From NCBI RefSeq assembly GCF_018977255.1, contig NW_024704742.1, positions 90,460,001 through 90,524,000 on the forward strand: 64,000 bases of DNA, given 5' to 3'. This document shows, one piece after another, positions 1 to 11,789 of this stretch; position 1 is the stretch's first letter; each line of letters begins with the position of its first letter. The DNA is from Callorhinchus milii. Taxonomy: Eukaryota. The position numbers and the translations under genes are program-made. The notes beneath the pieces were generated by a model. It searched no databases and was not told the origin of the DNA. It saw only the letters and a program-made list of their open reading frames with translations.

Positions 1-1049
1 GAAACTCCCTTTTATTTTTAAATAGTGTCATGGAATTAACACACTTCACCCCAGTCAGACACTCTGCTTACCTTGTGACAGAGAATATAGGTATGCAAAT
101 ACCCGTAAAATACTTCTGAGGAGAACTGGTATTATAATAACAGGCCCTTGTTATCTCTGGCCCATTGATTTCATCCTGAAGGCTACTGTGTCTACTGTCT
201 ACTATGAAAAGCTCTTCAAGAAAAGTATCAAAGTCTAAGTCTAAAATGTGTAAATTACAACTCTAGAAATAGATTCCTCCCACCATGTCTGAACCACTTC
301 CATTCAACACACATCGCTCAAATGTTAAGAGAACAAGTCAAAGAATCCCTGAGCACTGATTTGGACAGCCTTAATAAACAATGAACCTTTGAGACAAGAT
401 TACTAGCAATTAAATGCCCACAAAAAAACAGTTAATTAACTTTACAGTATATTCTGTGAAGTGCTTTGAGACGTCCAGAAGACGTGAAAAGCACTATATC
501 AAATGCAAGGATTATTATTATTATTAAACACATTTACAATGGCATTATAAATGGTAATATGAGACAAAAGCTTTTGAATCACTCCCATGTACCTATTGTT
601 CTTCGGAAGATAGTTCACTGCATTTAGCGATATCTTTCTGAAAGACATGCCATGTTCATGTAAAAGCCATTGTCAAACTCTTCTCTTCATTATTTGCAGC
701 AGTGGCATAAATCATGTCGACCTTTGGCACTCTGTCACCCATACATGATCTGACCATGACAAAAATGACAATATGGACAAACATTTTCAATGAAGGCTCT
801 CATTATACCTGCTTATCCATCTGGCATTTTGTGAACTACCTAAAAGGATTTATGATGCAACCACATCATTGGTCATTCACTTCATGGCTGTTTATGGGAG
901 ATGGCTGTACACACAATTGGCTGCTGTGTTTGCCTACAAATATACAGTTACTACACTTTACAGTAAATCCTATGAATCACTTTGAGACATTTTAACAATT
1001 GTGCTAAGATGCTATATCAAATAAATGCAAGAATCATTATTAATTATTA

Positions 1050-1345
1050 TTTTCACCTTACTTCACACACCTCTGTTTACCTGGCGGTAAGTAGGAACCC
1101 GGATTAACAGATCATTTTCCAGGGGTAATAATCCCTTCAAATAAATAAATAAAATAAAAATTTGGTCTCTCAATCCACGACTGTTTGTGGGACAGTGCTG
1201 TGCACAATTGGCTGCAGCATCCCGCTCACATAATATACAGTCAATTAATTTTACAGTATATTCCGAGAAGCGCTTTGAGACATCTCAACGACGTGATAAG
1301 GTGCTATATCAAATGCAAGGATTATTATGATTATGATTATTATTA
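1050..1345 (+). mobile_element. SINE, intermediate subfamily, 5'-truncated
   Basis: Middle segment CTGTTTACCTGGCGGTAAGTAGGAACCCGG, Deu-like core TGTTTGTGGGAC...CAATTGGCTGC, and tail TCAAATGCAAGG(ATT)n. Confidence 0.85.
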
Positions 1346-1393
1346 TCTGTCCCTAGTAATCGTAAACTAGTCAGTGCAGATGAAGTAAATACC

Positions 1394-1706
1394 AGTCCTG
1401 TAGCTCAGTGGTAAGAGCACTCGCCTTGCAAGTGAGAGACTGGGTTTGATTCCTGGCAGAGCGAAACCTTGGGCAAGTTTCCTTACTCCACACGCCTGAT
1501 AATAATCCCTCAAGAAAAAAAATTATAATAATTTGGTCACTCAATCCACAACTGTTTGTGGGACATTGCTATGCGCAATTGGTTGCCTTGTTTCGCCCAC
1601 AAATATACAATCAATTCACTTTACAGTATATTCTGTGAAGCGCTTTGAGACATCTAAAAGACATGAAAAGCACTATATTAAATGCAAGGATTATTATTAT
1701 TATTAT
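1394..1706 (+). mobile_element. Full-length tRNA-derived Deu-type SINE (SINE2/EshSINE-like)
   Basis: tRNA-Ala-like head with A box TAGCTCAGTGG and B-box-like GTTTGATTCC, Deu-like core, L2-type tail, (ATT)n. Confidence 0.9.
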
Positions 1707-1957
1707 GAGCTGCTTGACGAGTCTTTGGCTTGATCTGACAACAGCTGCGGCAGGAAGGAGGCAGCATACTGAAAAATTAAACATTCATTTGGCCAATTAA
1801 AATAAAATCGACTGGGAGATACAGAGGATTACACAACAAAGCATGACCAGCACTTAGTGGAATAATATGCAAAAATGCAAAAATGGCATTCTTAATGCAG
1901 TTGAGCCAACTGTGAACATCCAAACGGAATGATTCAGAACAGACAATTACAGACCAT

Positions 1958-2225
1958 GCACATTTACATTTAACATCAGGAGGATGTTCTAAGGCACTTG
2001 ATAGTCCTGGCTTGGCATCCAAGCTGGGGATGGGAGCCAAGAGCGGTAGGGAGGCGAAATATGCCCGATAAGTGTGGTCTTTGAGACAGACCTTGAAATA
2101 AGTGAGAGAGATGGGCAAGTCAGAGGGACTCTGAGAAGGAGTCCAGAGAGTGGGGGCAGATAGGTTAAAAAGCAGACCACCAATTGTGGGGTGGGTAGGG
2201 CTGGGTCATGAAGGAGAGCATGAAT
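1958..2225 (-). mobile_element. L2 LINE 3' fragment
   Basis: Homologous to the 3' ends of the L2 copies at 9229-9600 and 15732-16222. Confidence 0.7.
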
Positions 2226-2296
2226 CAGTTTTATTTGGCGGGGGTGGGGGTGGTTAAATAATGTCTAGAAATAGCCAAATAGCTAAAATAACCTCA

Positions 2297-2510
2297 GTTG
2301 CCCCCACCCTATGGAACTCCATCCCACATTCCCTTCGCCCACTCCCTCCCTTGCCTCTTTTCAAGGTGTGTCTCAAAACCTTCCTCTTCGACCAAGCCTT
2401 CGGCCACCCGCCTACCCGCCCTGCACTCCACCCTCCCCAATCGGGTCCAAATCCCTGGTTTCCAGCCCTTGGGATGTCCTCCCGATCTGAAAGGTGATAT
2501 ACAAATTTAA
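2297..2510 (+). mobile_element. L2 LINE 3' fragment
   Basis: Encodes APTLWNSIP...FKVCLKTFLFDQAF (L2 ORF2 C-terminus) followed by the conserved 3' tail. Confidence 0.85.
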
Positions 2511-2529
2511 TTTAACCCCAACCCTACCA

Positions 2530-2830
2530 AGACTTGGTTCAATTTCCGTTCTCAGTACATCAGGTTAGGGAGGCAAAAGTCAGACAGCTTTCCAGTCCTG
2601 ATCACTGGTCACTGATCTCCACTGAAATTGTGTGTATGTGCATGTCAGATGTGGACAGGGCTGGTTAAGAAGTTAGGAGGCATTCATGGTCAAACAACTT
2701 GGTCAATTCATTGTCAAAACTCTGCCACTTGTTGCGGTAATGACAGATACCTAAGCACCATTCATCAGGAAGAAAATAAATAGGAATCTAAACACCATCA
2801 AGAAAGGAGGGTGAAAGGGAGGAAGTTGGC
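2530..2830 (+). mobile_element. Ancient SINE relic, AmnSINE2-like
   Basis: GGGAGGCAAAAGTCAG...CCTGATCACTGGTCACTGA...GTGTGTATGTG...GGACAGG resembles the recalled AmnSINE2-type body; heavily diverged. Confidence 0.45.
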
Positions 2831-3129
2831 AAGGAGTTTTTTCCCTGAATTTATATTTGAGCATTAGTAAATCCTAAAAGAATCTGAGGCAATTATCCAT
2901 TGCTTCCTAGACCTGCATACAAAGAGATTCATTCACCATAGTCCAAGCAAAAAGGAATATTCTGGCTGGTGGCAGCAGAATTTCAATGCACTCCTTATAA
3001 AGTGAAGCAACACTGAAAGAGCGCAAAGCAAAAACAAAATAAAATGAACCCAAAGCATCAAATTCTGAATCCTATAGGAGCTCTGACTTCAGTGTGATTG
3101 TGTCTGATGTCCACGTAACACTGCAGTGT

Positions 3130-3370
3130 GAAGATCTTGAAATTGATCTGTACAGAGAGAGTGAGTCACTGGAGCCTGGTGAAGACTGGGTTGATAGGTG
3201 TGTCGAGTTTGATGCGGGTGATGTTTGGATCAGCTGGATCTTGTGAATGGTAGAACTGGGGAGACCAGCAAGGAGTGCATTAGAGAAGCCAATGCGGGAA
3301 GTGATTAAATGTGGATAAGTGTTTCAGCAGCATTTGGTGTGAGGTAGGGGCAGAAGTGGGCAATATCAGT
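3130..3370 (-). mobile_element. Old L2 ORF2 fragment
   Basis: Homologous to the L2 segment encoding SRLDYSN...QLIQN...LHWLP. Confidence 0.75.
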
Positions 3371-4659
3371 GACCTTGAGGAGAATTTCCTGACTGGTCAG
3401 CAAAAATCATTGTTTAGAGCTAGCGCAGACCCTTCCTGGGTGTCCAATCGTGGATTGGTGTGGATGTGAATGATATAACATGAAAGACTGATTGCGGAGG
3501 TGACCACCTGCCACCTCTCTTACTGTGATTGGGACCAAAACCAATTGGGACAAAACTGATTGGGTAAAGCAATTAGAATTACTGGCATTGGAGTGCGAAA
3601 GTTACTTCACTCAACAAAATAAAATATTGTTAAGATGGTATCCTGTAAAGAAGCACTCACATGACACACTCAGTATGCAGTTCAATGGCTGTTATTGACT
3701 ACTATTAACCGTGAGCATTTTTCAACAATCTGCTCATTTTCACCAGTGATAATTAGTGAAACACAACTGACAATGTCCTAGCAAACATTTCAAGTTTGGT
3801 CACAATAGATCAGCCTTCAACGGTGAAAATCTAATGTGCTGTTTTGAAAGGAAAATGCACAATTTGTACATGTTGCAAAACGGGAACTTGTCTCCTGCTT
3901 CACGGCAACATGAATTTACACAAGATATTTTCTCACTTCGACTCCCAATGTCCACTGTCTCCACAAAAAAAATAAGTTTGGAAATTCAGGCAGACAGTCC
4001 GTGAAACAGTTCATCTTCTTGTCAACTCTTTAAACTCTAACTGGATTCACCTGGATTGTATAGTAATGTGCGTGTCAGGCATTAAAACTGTAAGGAAGAG
4101 TGTCAAAACAGGAGCGGTACTTTTAAAATTCATGAAGAATCTCTGAGTGACATGTTAACTATTGCAGCAGTATTTCAATCACTCCCCCCAAAAATCATAA
4201 TATTGCCCCTCAACACTTTCAAATGAAGATAAAACTGTTGTTCACTAAATCTAAGTATCAAAGATTTGTTTCCTCTGTTTCCTGCACGCTATCATCAAGC
4301 AAGCAACAGCTACTCAAAGGCTTTGTATTTCAATGACTCTTCAATGACTGAATCGATTTATAACAGAAGCTTGCAAAGTCCACATCTTGTCCAAAATGCT
4401 TCTTGGACAGGTTCAGAAAGAAAGCGTTATTGTGCTTTCACATGTGTGCTTAATAACAATCATTGTGCTGTTTCACAAGGTTTGCTTGTGCGTGGAAGTC
4501 CATGTACGTTGGGCGTAATCCTGCAAACCATGCTACTTACTCTCTCCCCAGTAAAATAAGTCTCTCACTTACAAACATGGTAACTGTTAGAGCACACGAT
4601 GAAGCAGAACAGATTTTAGAAAGAATGGGAAGTGATCAGGTGTAGACAGGAGCCTGGTA

Positions 4660-4840
4660 CAACAGCAACAACTACTTGCATTTATATAGAACCCCTCACA
4701 CAGGATAGATCCCAGAGTGCTTGATAGTGGCCGAGCACGACGCTGAGGTGACCGTGGGCACGGTCAATAGTTCAAGGCACGATCTAAAGATGGGAAAGAA
4801 GGGGCAAGGTGGAGGGATAGAGGAAGAGTGTTTTCCAGTG
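4660..4840 (-). mobile_element. L2 3' end, second subfamily with (TTG)n tail
   Basis: ACAACTACTTGCATTTATATAG tail; related copies at about 24260-24370, 30930-31034, 40808-41040 and 44855-45020. Confidence 0.65.
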
Positions 4841-7039
4841 TCTGATACTGGAGTCTGTGCACTCATTCGCTAAACACTCTGAAGAGGCATTTACCCATAT
4901 TCATTTTGCCAGAACCAGGATGGTGTGTAGTATTGTGTAGGATTAAAGAAGTTCCATTGGTTACATAGGAATGTACTGGGCAGCAAAAGATCATTGTGGT
5001 CCATCTGACTGGTCCCAGAGTAAAACAAAATCCTACATTCCATCTCTCATACAACAACAAAGTACATTTGTATAACGCCTTTCATGTGGGGAGGACATCC
5101 CAAGGTGCTGTACAATCAAATCCCCTCAATGAATCCCCTCAATGGATTTTATAATACACTAAATAGCTATCTCCTCTTTAATTTGCTGTCACAATCTGTC
5201 TCCTTGGCTCGCCTTGTCCACATATTGAGAGGTGCTGTATGAATGTAAATTGTATATTCACCAGAAAGATAAGATAGAGGATTGGGAATACGCATTACAG
5301 GGATTAATTTAGCAAATGTTATATGCTCAGCCAGCACAAAATCACACAACACTAAAAACTGCATCATAAAAAGGATATGGAATGTTAGAAACTGGAGAGC
5401 ATCCAGACGAGACTAGTGCTAGCTTCCCCAACTAGGGACAACTGCAGTGGTTTAATCCCCTTTCCTTGCTCTTTCCTATGCATTTTATACTATTCCTCTT
5501 CAAATGTTTATCCAATTCACTTTTCCCAGCATTTATAACAAGCAATTTCCCTAAAGATTGTCTTCACTCTGCAGAAAGCATAATGGACACTTGAAAATAA
5601 ACATCACCTTGATCAACAAAGGCACCTTCAAGATGATGCTCTGGATACACAAGTAACCCACCCACTCTTACCCAAACATTGTACAGAGCAGTCTTTTGCT
5701 AATTATAGTCAGAATACCTAATCAGTTTAGAATGTAAAATGTGATTCTATATTTTCTTCTTCCATCCAGAATGCAAAGCAAGCTAATAGGCTGCAAGGTC
5801 AATCTCAGAGGTCCAGGGTTGTCCCAACTCTAAGCCACTGCGAGTAACATTAGTTAAACACAATTTATTTCCCACATTTTCCTTTCCTCTCCAGATCCTT
5901 AAAGGATACCCGCATCCAAACCCATAATTATATCTGATTCAATGTCAATATGTTTGAATGTATTTTTCTTCTGTTGTTGCTATACCTCTAGTTTGACAAG
6001 TGATGACAGCAAACCCATGTGTCAGCCCCACTGGAACCCACGACATGTCCTGGTCAAATCGAATTTGTAAACGTTTGTATCCATCTCACTTAATGTCGTA
6101 ATAAATCCTTGGGGCAGCCATTTCGAGATCATCGTTTTTTTAAAAAAACTAATTTTACAATCAATCTTGAAAATGTGAAGTGCTCCACAGATCCTAATAA
6201 AACGACAACTCAGAAAACCCTAGTTCCAGGGCTAGATCTTAACAGGCGTGGATGTTACTGCACACATATTGAAATTCTGGCAGAAATTATAATCACGCAA
6301 TTAGATAATAATTCTTCCAATTTTCTACAGCGTTTCGCCATAACATGTCACTGAGAAGTCTCAATGTGCTTCTTAAGATTTATTTTCAAGTGCAGTGACT
6401 ACTTGAAGGCAAATTGGGTGTTGGGATGGGGGTGGGGGTGGGGGGTCACATTTAACTGTAATTTTCTGGAACAGTCAGATTCATTTAATGCAGCCTGTTA
6501 TGCAATTTAAGAAACCTAACGCTGAGATTTCAATTGCTATAAATAGTTGATGTGCATTGATGTCACAAAGTAGCAGTGATGTTATCCCCACCATTGAACA
6601 AACACAATCCTTTTTTCCGAAGGGCGCGATGGGGATCCATCCTTTGCTGCAGATGGGATATGATTATAGGACATTGCACTGTGAACAAGTGGCGCAAACA
6701 CTCAATGGCAAAAAAGGTCAGTCACTGAGGCGCAACAGCAGCAGATTGAGCACAACCGACAGTAATCCCATCGCATCACCTATTCCCTGGGACTATCCTG
6801 GGGTGCAGTTGGCCACCCAGAGGAGGCAGCCTCAGGCTGGGGCAGAGGACAACTGTTATCAAACACACTGAGTTTGTCAGGAGGAACCCACACAGTGGAG
6901 AGCAGATCATTACAAACCCCATCAATAATAAATTGCAGCTGTTTGCATCTCACAGGGAGAGAAACAGCGACTCCCCGGGAATCACAAGACAATTATTTTA
7001 CACCCAAACAGAATGTCATTTCAAGGGTGCACCAAAATA

Positions 7040-7072
7040 CACACTCACACACACACACACACACACACACAC
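7040..7072. repeat. (CA)n microsatellite, followed by a poly-C run at about 7118-7133
   Basis: Seen directly. Confidence 0.9.
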
Positions 7073-7662
7073 CCCTGCGGTTTGACAACCCAATTGCAAA
7101 ATCCAGCCACGAAACAGCCCCCCCCCCCCCCCCACGGGTGGGAATTGCTTGACGTTGAAATAAATCTCAAGAGCTCCTCAGATGGACCGTTGTGCAAAAT
7201 CGGGATTTTTTGCGACGAAGGAGATTGTGTGCAAATGGGACCAAAACCCTGTGGTTAACGCACAGCAGCTGCAGCCCAGATGCAGACACATCAGTGTTGA
7301 CTGTAACGCAGCCCCAATCCTGCGAAACGTGGCAACTGCGTTGAAGGAGCTGTGCAGCTGATCAACCTCACACCGAAACACCCCCTCACACACTCCCGTT
7401 ACGATGTTAGACCGGTAGCTAATCTATTTGCATTTATTATTATTATTTTTTTTTAAAAAAAACACCACCCCCAATGCATTCAGCCCCAAGTTGCTGATAC
7501 GTATTGAGTCACTCGCTGTTGCAAAAAAAAAGGGTGAAAACCACAGCAGCAGCGATGGTGCAATTGGACGCAGAGCCTATCAGTATGCAAAGGCATTCCC
7601 GGAGCCAACTGTGCAATGCTACCCACAAGCAGAGGAGACGCAGATGAACAAAAACAACCCAC

Positions 7663-7707
7663 CTGTGTGGCTTTGTGGAATTGTTTCTTCAGTCCTGCTA
7701 CAGACAT
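7663..7707 (-). CDS. SH3GL2: Endophilin-A1, first coding exon (MSVAGLKKQFHKATQ)
   Basis: 15 codons match the endophilin A N-terminus; HKATQ distinguishes A1/SH3GL2 from SH3GL1 (YKASQ) and SH3GL3 (HKASQ). Start context is GGGACCATGT and a phase-0 donor CAG|GTGGGT follows at 7662. The rest of the track ORF 7480-7707 is intron read-through. CNTLN lies upstream on the same strand. Confidence 0.93.
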
Positions 7708-8000
7708 GGTCCCTCTCTACCTCTGTGCGTCTCTGATGAAGAGCTGTGGTGCAGCTGATGTGTTGGGTGAGGTGACAGCTCTGAGCTTGCACTCTCTCTC
7801 TCTCTCTCTTGCTCTGCTGCTTTGCTGCTGTTAGGATGGTTCCTGCTTCTCTCTCTCTCTCTCTCTCTTTGCCTCTCAGATCTTTTTCATCTCAGCTCAG
7901 GATTAAATTACTCTCTGCAAAGCCAGGATATCCGGACCCAACCTGACGTCAGATTCCTCTTAAAGAGACAGCTCCAGTCATGGACAACCTGTGAGTGGAT
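7708..8000 (-). promoter_or_regulatory. SH3GL2 5' UTR / proximal promoter with palindromic CRE (TGACGTCA, 7944-7951) and GA microsatellites
   Basis: Directly upstream of the SH3GL2 ATG. Contains a full CRE palindrome and (CT)n tracts at about 7792-7810 and 7848-7868; CpG is locally raised over about 6.6-8.0 kb. Confidence 0.5.
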
Positions 8001-8199
8001 GCCTGGCTGGTTGCCTGCCTCCCTACCCTGGCTAAAAATAGACAAGTTTATTTTTGGAATCGGGTTTCTTCTCTGCAGCATTTATTTTTTCTTATAAAAA
8101 AGCGTAGGCCGGCAAAATATATCATTCAGGCTTGTGGGCTTTTCACAGTACCAGGCAAATTCAATATGTGGCGTCTTATTGAGGGATGGGTACCCCATC

Positions 8200-8410
8200 C
8201 AATAATAATCCCTGGAGAAAAGAAAACAATAATACAAAATTGGTCGCTTCAATCCACGACTGTTTGTGGGACGCTGCTGTGCACAATTGGCTGCTGCGTT
8301 TCACCCACAAAATATACAGTCAATTCACTTTACAGTATATTCTGTGAAGCGTTTTGAGACGTCTAGAAGACGTGAAAAGCGCTACATCAAATGCAAGGAT
8401 TATTATTATT
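8200..8410 (+). mobile_element. SINE 3' half
   Basis: Deu-like core and (ATT)n tail. Confidence 0.85.
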
Positions 8411-9228
8411 GTCCTATGCAATGAAAAAAAATCTCCAAAGAGAAGTTGGTGGAATCTTGGGGAGGGGGGAAAGTTCATTTCCCCACCCATTAAGCTAAAG
8501 GTTGAAAATGTTACCCTTTTGTTTTCGAAGCAAAACAACATTGTTGATGGTTGACCTATCAGAAACAAGACAATGTTTGATTATTGGTGGGAAGCAAAGA
8601 AAAAAAAAGATTTTTTACAATTTTTTTTGAAGGTCTTCAAGACAGGAATTTAAAAAATCGAGACACCGAAATAATTAGATCCAAAAACAGAATAACTGAT
8701 ATGGTATTAATACGACCTTAATGGAATTTGCATCTTAGAGAGAGAAAACATTCGATGATCCTCCAGTTAGTTATATCATGACACTCACAATTATCCAATA
8801 ACCTCTTCCTCACAAGTTGACATGATGCAGTATTATTAAATGCTCTGTGACGCTACCGTGTATGAAGGGTGCTATAGAATTTATAGTTCTTATGGTTATT
8901 ATAGTTCATAAAAATAACAATCCTTACATTTGGTTCAACACCTTTCACATCAAGAGGATATCTCAAAGCACTTCACAGGATATACTGTAAAGTGGAGTGA
9001 CAGTGTGCTTTGTGGGTGAACGTAATTCTATTTACTGTACATCCATAGATACTATTACATACCCATCTTGGACTTCCAGTGAGGGAAAGACAGATTCCAA
9101 CCATTCACATCCAATGTCATCACTAGCTGTGCATGTATGAGGAGATGGTGGAGAAATACACATACATGTAAGAAATAAGGATGTAGGGCTACCTATTTAA
9201 TGTGGCAATGCTCAACACTGCTGAGGAA

Positions 9229-10315
9229 AACAGCAACAACAGCAAAATTACATTTATAGAGCGCCTTTCACGTTCGAAGGACCTCCCAAGGATGTCCCAA
9301 GACAGTCAGGGGTCAGGACCTGAGCATGGGGGAGGGGTGGGGTAGGGGTGAGTAAAGGAAGAGAGGTGGGAGGGCAACTAAAGGCACAATTGAAGAGGAG
9401 GGTCTTGAGGCCGGCCTTGAAGAAGGCAAGGGAGGAAGAGAGGCGAAAGGACTGTGGGATGGAGATCCAGAATGTGGGGGCAGAGAGGCTGAAAGCCCGG
9501 CCACCGATGGTAGGGCGGGTCGAGCGGGAGACATGGAGCAGGCCGGAGCCCGCTGAACGTAGGGAATGGGCAGGTTGGCGGGGAGTCAGCAGATCAGAGA
9601 GGTAGGAGGGGGCAAGGCCATGGATGGCCTTGAAAGTGAGGAAGAGGATCTTGAATTCGATCCTCTGGGGATGGGAAGCCAGTGGAGTCAGGCAAGGGTG
9701 GGATTGATGGGGTCACGGAGCCTGGTGTGCAAGAGTACACGAGCTGCAGAGTTTTGGATGATCTGCAGCTTGTGAGGGGAAGAGTTGAGAAAGCTGATGA
9801 CGAAGGAGTTTCCATAATCGAGCTTTGATGTGATAAATGTGTGGGTGAGGGTTTCGGCAGCCTGAGGGGTGAGGGAGTCATGGAGTCTGGCAATGTTGCG
9901 GAGGTGGTGGTTGGCAGTGCCAGTCATGGCACAGATGTGGGGAAGAAAGGACAGTTCAGGATCAAACAAGACACCCAAGTTCCTGACCGGCTTAGTGAGG
10001 TTGAGTGTGCAGCTGTGGAGGCTGATGCTGCCAGCGCCTGAGGTGCGGAGGTGCTGGCTCGAACCAATCAGGAGGGCCTCATTCTTGCTGACGTTCAGTT
10101 GGAGAAAGTTGCCCCTCATCCAGGATTTGATGTCGGACAGGCAGTCTGTCAGGACGCCAGTAGTCCTGGAGTTGAGGGTGGAGGCAGAGAGATAGAGTTG
10201 GGTGTCATCCACATACATATAGAAATTTACCCCATGTCTGCAGATGATGTCACCAAGGGGGAGCTTGTAGAGGGTGAAGAGGAGGGGATCAAAGACCCCA
10301 GGGAGAGGGACTTGG
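9229..10315 (-). mobile_element. L2 LINE, 5'-truncated (RT C-terminal half to 3' tail)
   Basis: ORF 9688-10335 contains PLLF...[17 protein letters not shown]...LQLNVSKNE...RNLGVLFD...SKLDYGNS, and the element ends in (TTG)n. Confidence 0.93.
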
Positions 10316-10554
10316 TGATAAAGGATTAACAACAATCAAAGAGTTGAACTCCAAACAAAATCAAGGCCGAAGAAATGTGTCTCATTGTGGAAATAATACA
10401 AACGCCATTTGCTCTACCTGAGCTATTCTCCAGCCACTTGGGTTCCTGAATAGCATGAATTTCCTGCTGGCATCACATTGGAATATTATGCCACACAATT
10501 TACATAGGAAGAGGTTAGTTGGACAGTCCATCACAGGATCAAGCACAAACTCCA

Positions 10555-11325
10555 TTGGGAATATTTTCTTAATGGGGAGAAATTAAGAGCTGTGGAGGAG
10601 CAAAGAGATTTCGGTGTCCATATCCACAAATCACTAAAAACTAGTTCCCAGGTCAAAAAGTAGTCAAAAAGGCGAATGGAATGTTGGCTTTTATCTCAAG
10701 GGGTCGGGAGTACAAAGTGGAAGAAATGATGTTTCAGCAGCATACAGCGTTAGTCAGACCCCATCTGGAGTACTATGTTTAGTTTTGGGCACCACACCTC
10801 AGAAAAGATATGTAGGCCCTGGAGGGGGTGCAGCGCAGGTTCACCAGAATGTTACCAGGCCTTAAATGGTTAAGTTACGAGGAAAGGCTGCGTAAACTTT
10901 GATTGTATTCCTTTGAGTTTAGAAGGTTGGGGGGTGATTTGATTGAGGTAATTAAGATGATAAAGGGATTCAACAGGGTAGATACAGAGAAGGTATTTCT
11001 TCTGGTGAGGCAATCCAAAACAAATTTAATCTTAAAATTAGAACCAGGCTACTTAAGAGTGAAATCAGGAAGCATTTTTTTCACTCAAAGGGTGGTAGAA
11101 ATCTGGAATTCTCTCCCCAAAAGGCCGTGGATGCTGGATCCACCCACACCTTCAAAAGTGAGGTTGATTGATTTTTGGTAGGTCAGGGTTTTAAGGGATA
11201 TGGAGAGAAAGCGAGAAATTGGAATTGAAAGGATTAGTTGAGGTACAGATCAACCATGATCTAACTAAATGGTGGAACAGGCTCAAAGGGCTGAATGGAC
11301 TCTGCCTGTTCCTATATTCCCTTAA
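10555..11325 (+). mobile_element. CR1 LINE 3' fragment
   Basis: Encodes LVRPHLEY...FWAP, LEGVQRRFTRM, GDLIEVIK and FFTQRVVEIWNSLP, then a CR1 3' UTR ending ...GGGCTGAATGGACTCTGCCTGTTCCTAT. Confidence 0.92.
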
Positions 11326-11447
11326 TGAATAATGAAGTGGATCTAAAAATAAGCAAAATCCTGGTGATGGACATAAATCCACCTGCCACCAGATATCCAA
11401 TAGTGCTAGATCCATGGATAGTTACAGAAAACAGCACATTTCTACAA

Positions 11448-11771
11448 AATAATAATAATAATAATCCTTGCATTTGACATAGCGCTTTTCATGTCGGGAA
11501 GACGTCCCAAAGCGTTTCACAGAACACACTGTAAAGTGAATTGACTGTATATTTGTGGGCGAACGCGGCAGCCAAATGCGCGCAGCAATGTCCCACAAAC
11601 AGTCGTAGATTGAAAATGACCAATTTATTATTGTTTTGCTTTTTGGAGGGATTATTATTAGGGCTGTGTGTGGAGTAAGGAAACTTGCCCAAGGTTTCGC
11701 CCTGCCTGGAAATGAACTCAGGTCTCTCGCTTGCAAAGCGAGTGCTCTAACCACTGAGCTACAGGACTCCA
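11448..11771 (-). mobile_element. Full-length young SINE
   Basis: Near-identical to the copies at 31255, 32843 and 43307, with an intact tRNA-like head. Confidence 0.95.
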
Positions 11772-11789
11772 CAAAAGTACAGTCACTAC

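Noticed and set aside
7480..7662. Continuation of the 75-aa ORF after MSVAGLKKQFHKATQ
   Set aside because: Homology ends at a GT donor, so this is intron read-through.
11700..11771. tRNA-Ala(TGC)-like sequences here and at 1394, 23881, 27310, 31495, 33095, 46054 and 60781
   Set aside because: They are SINE heads: each continues into the same body and tail, and none has a proper acceptor stem or terminator.
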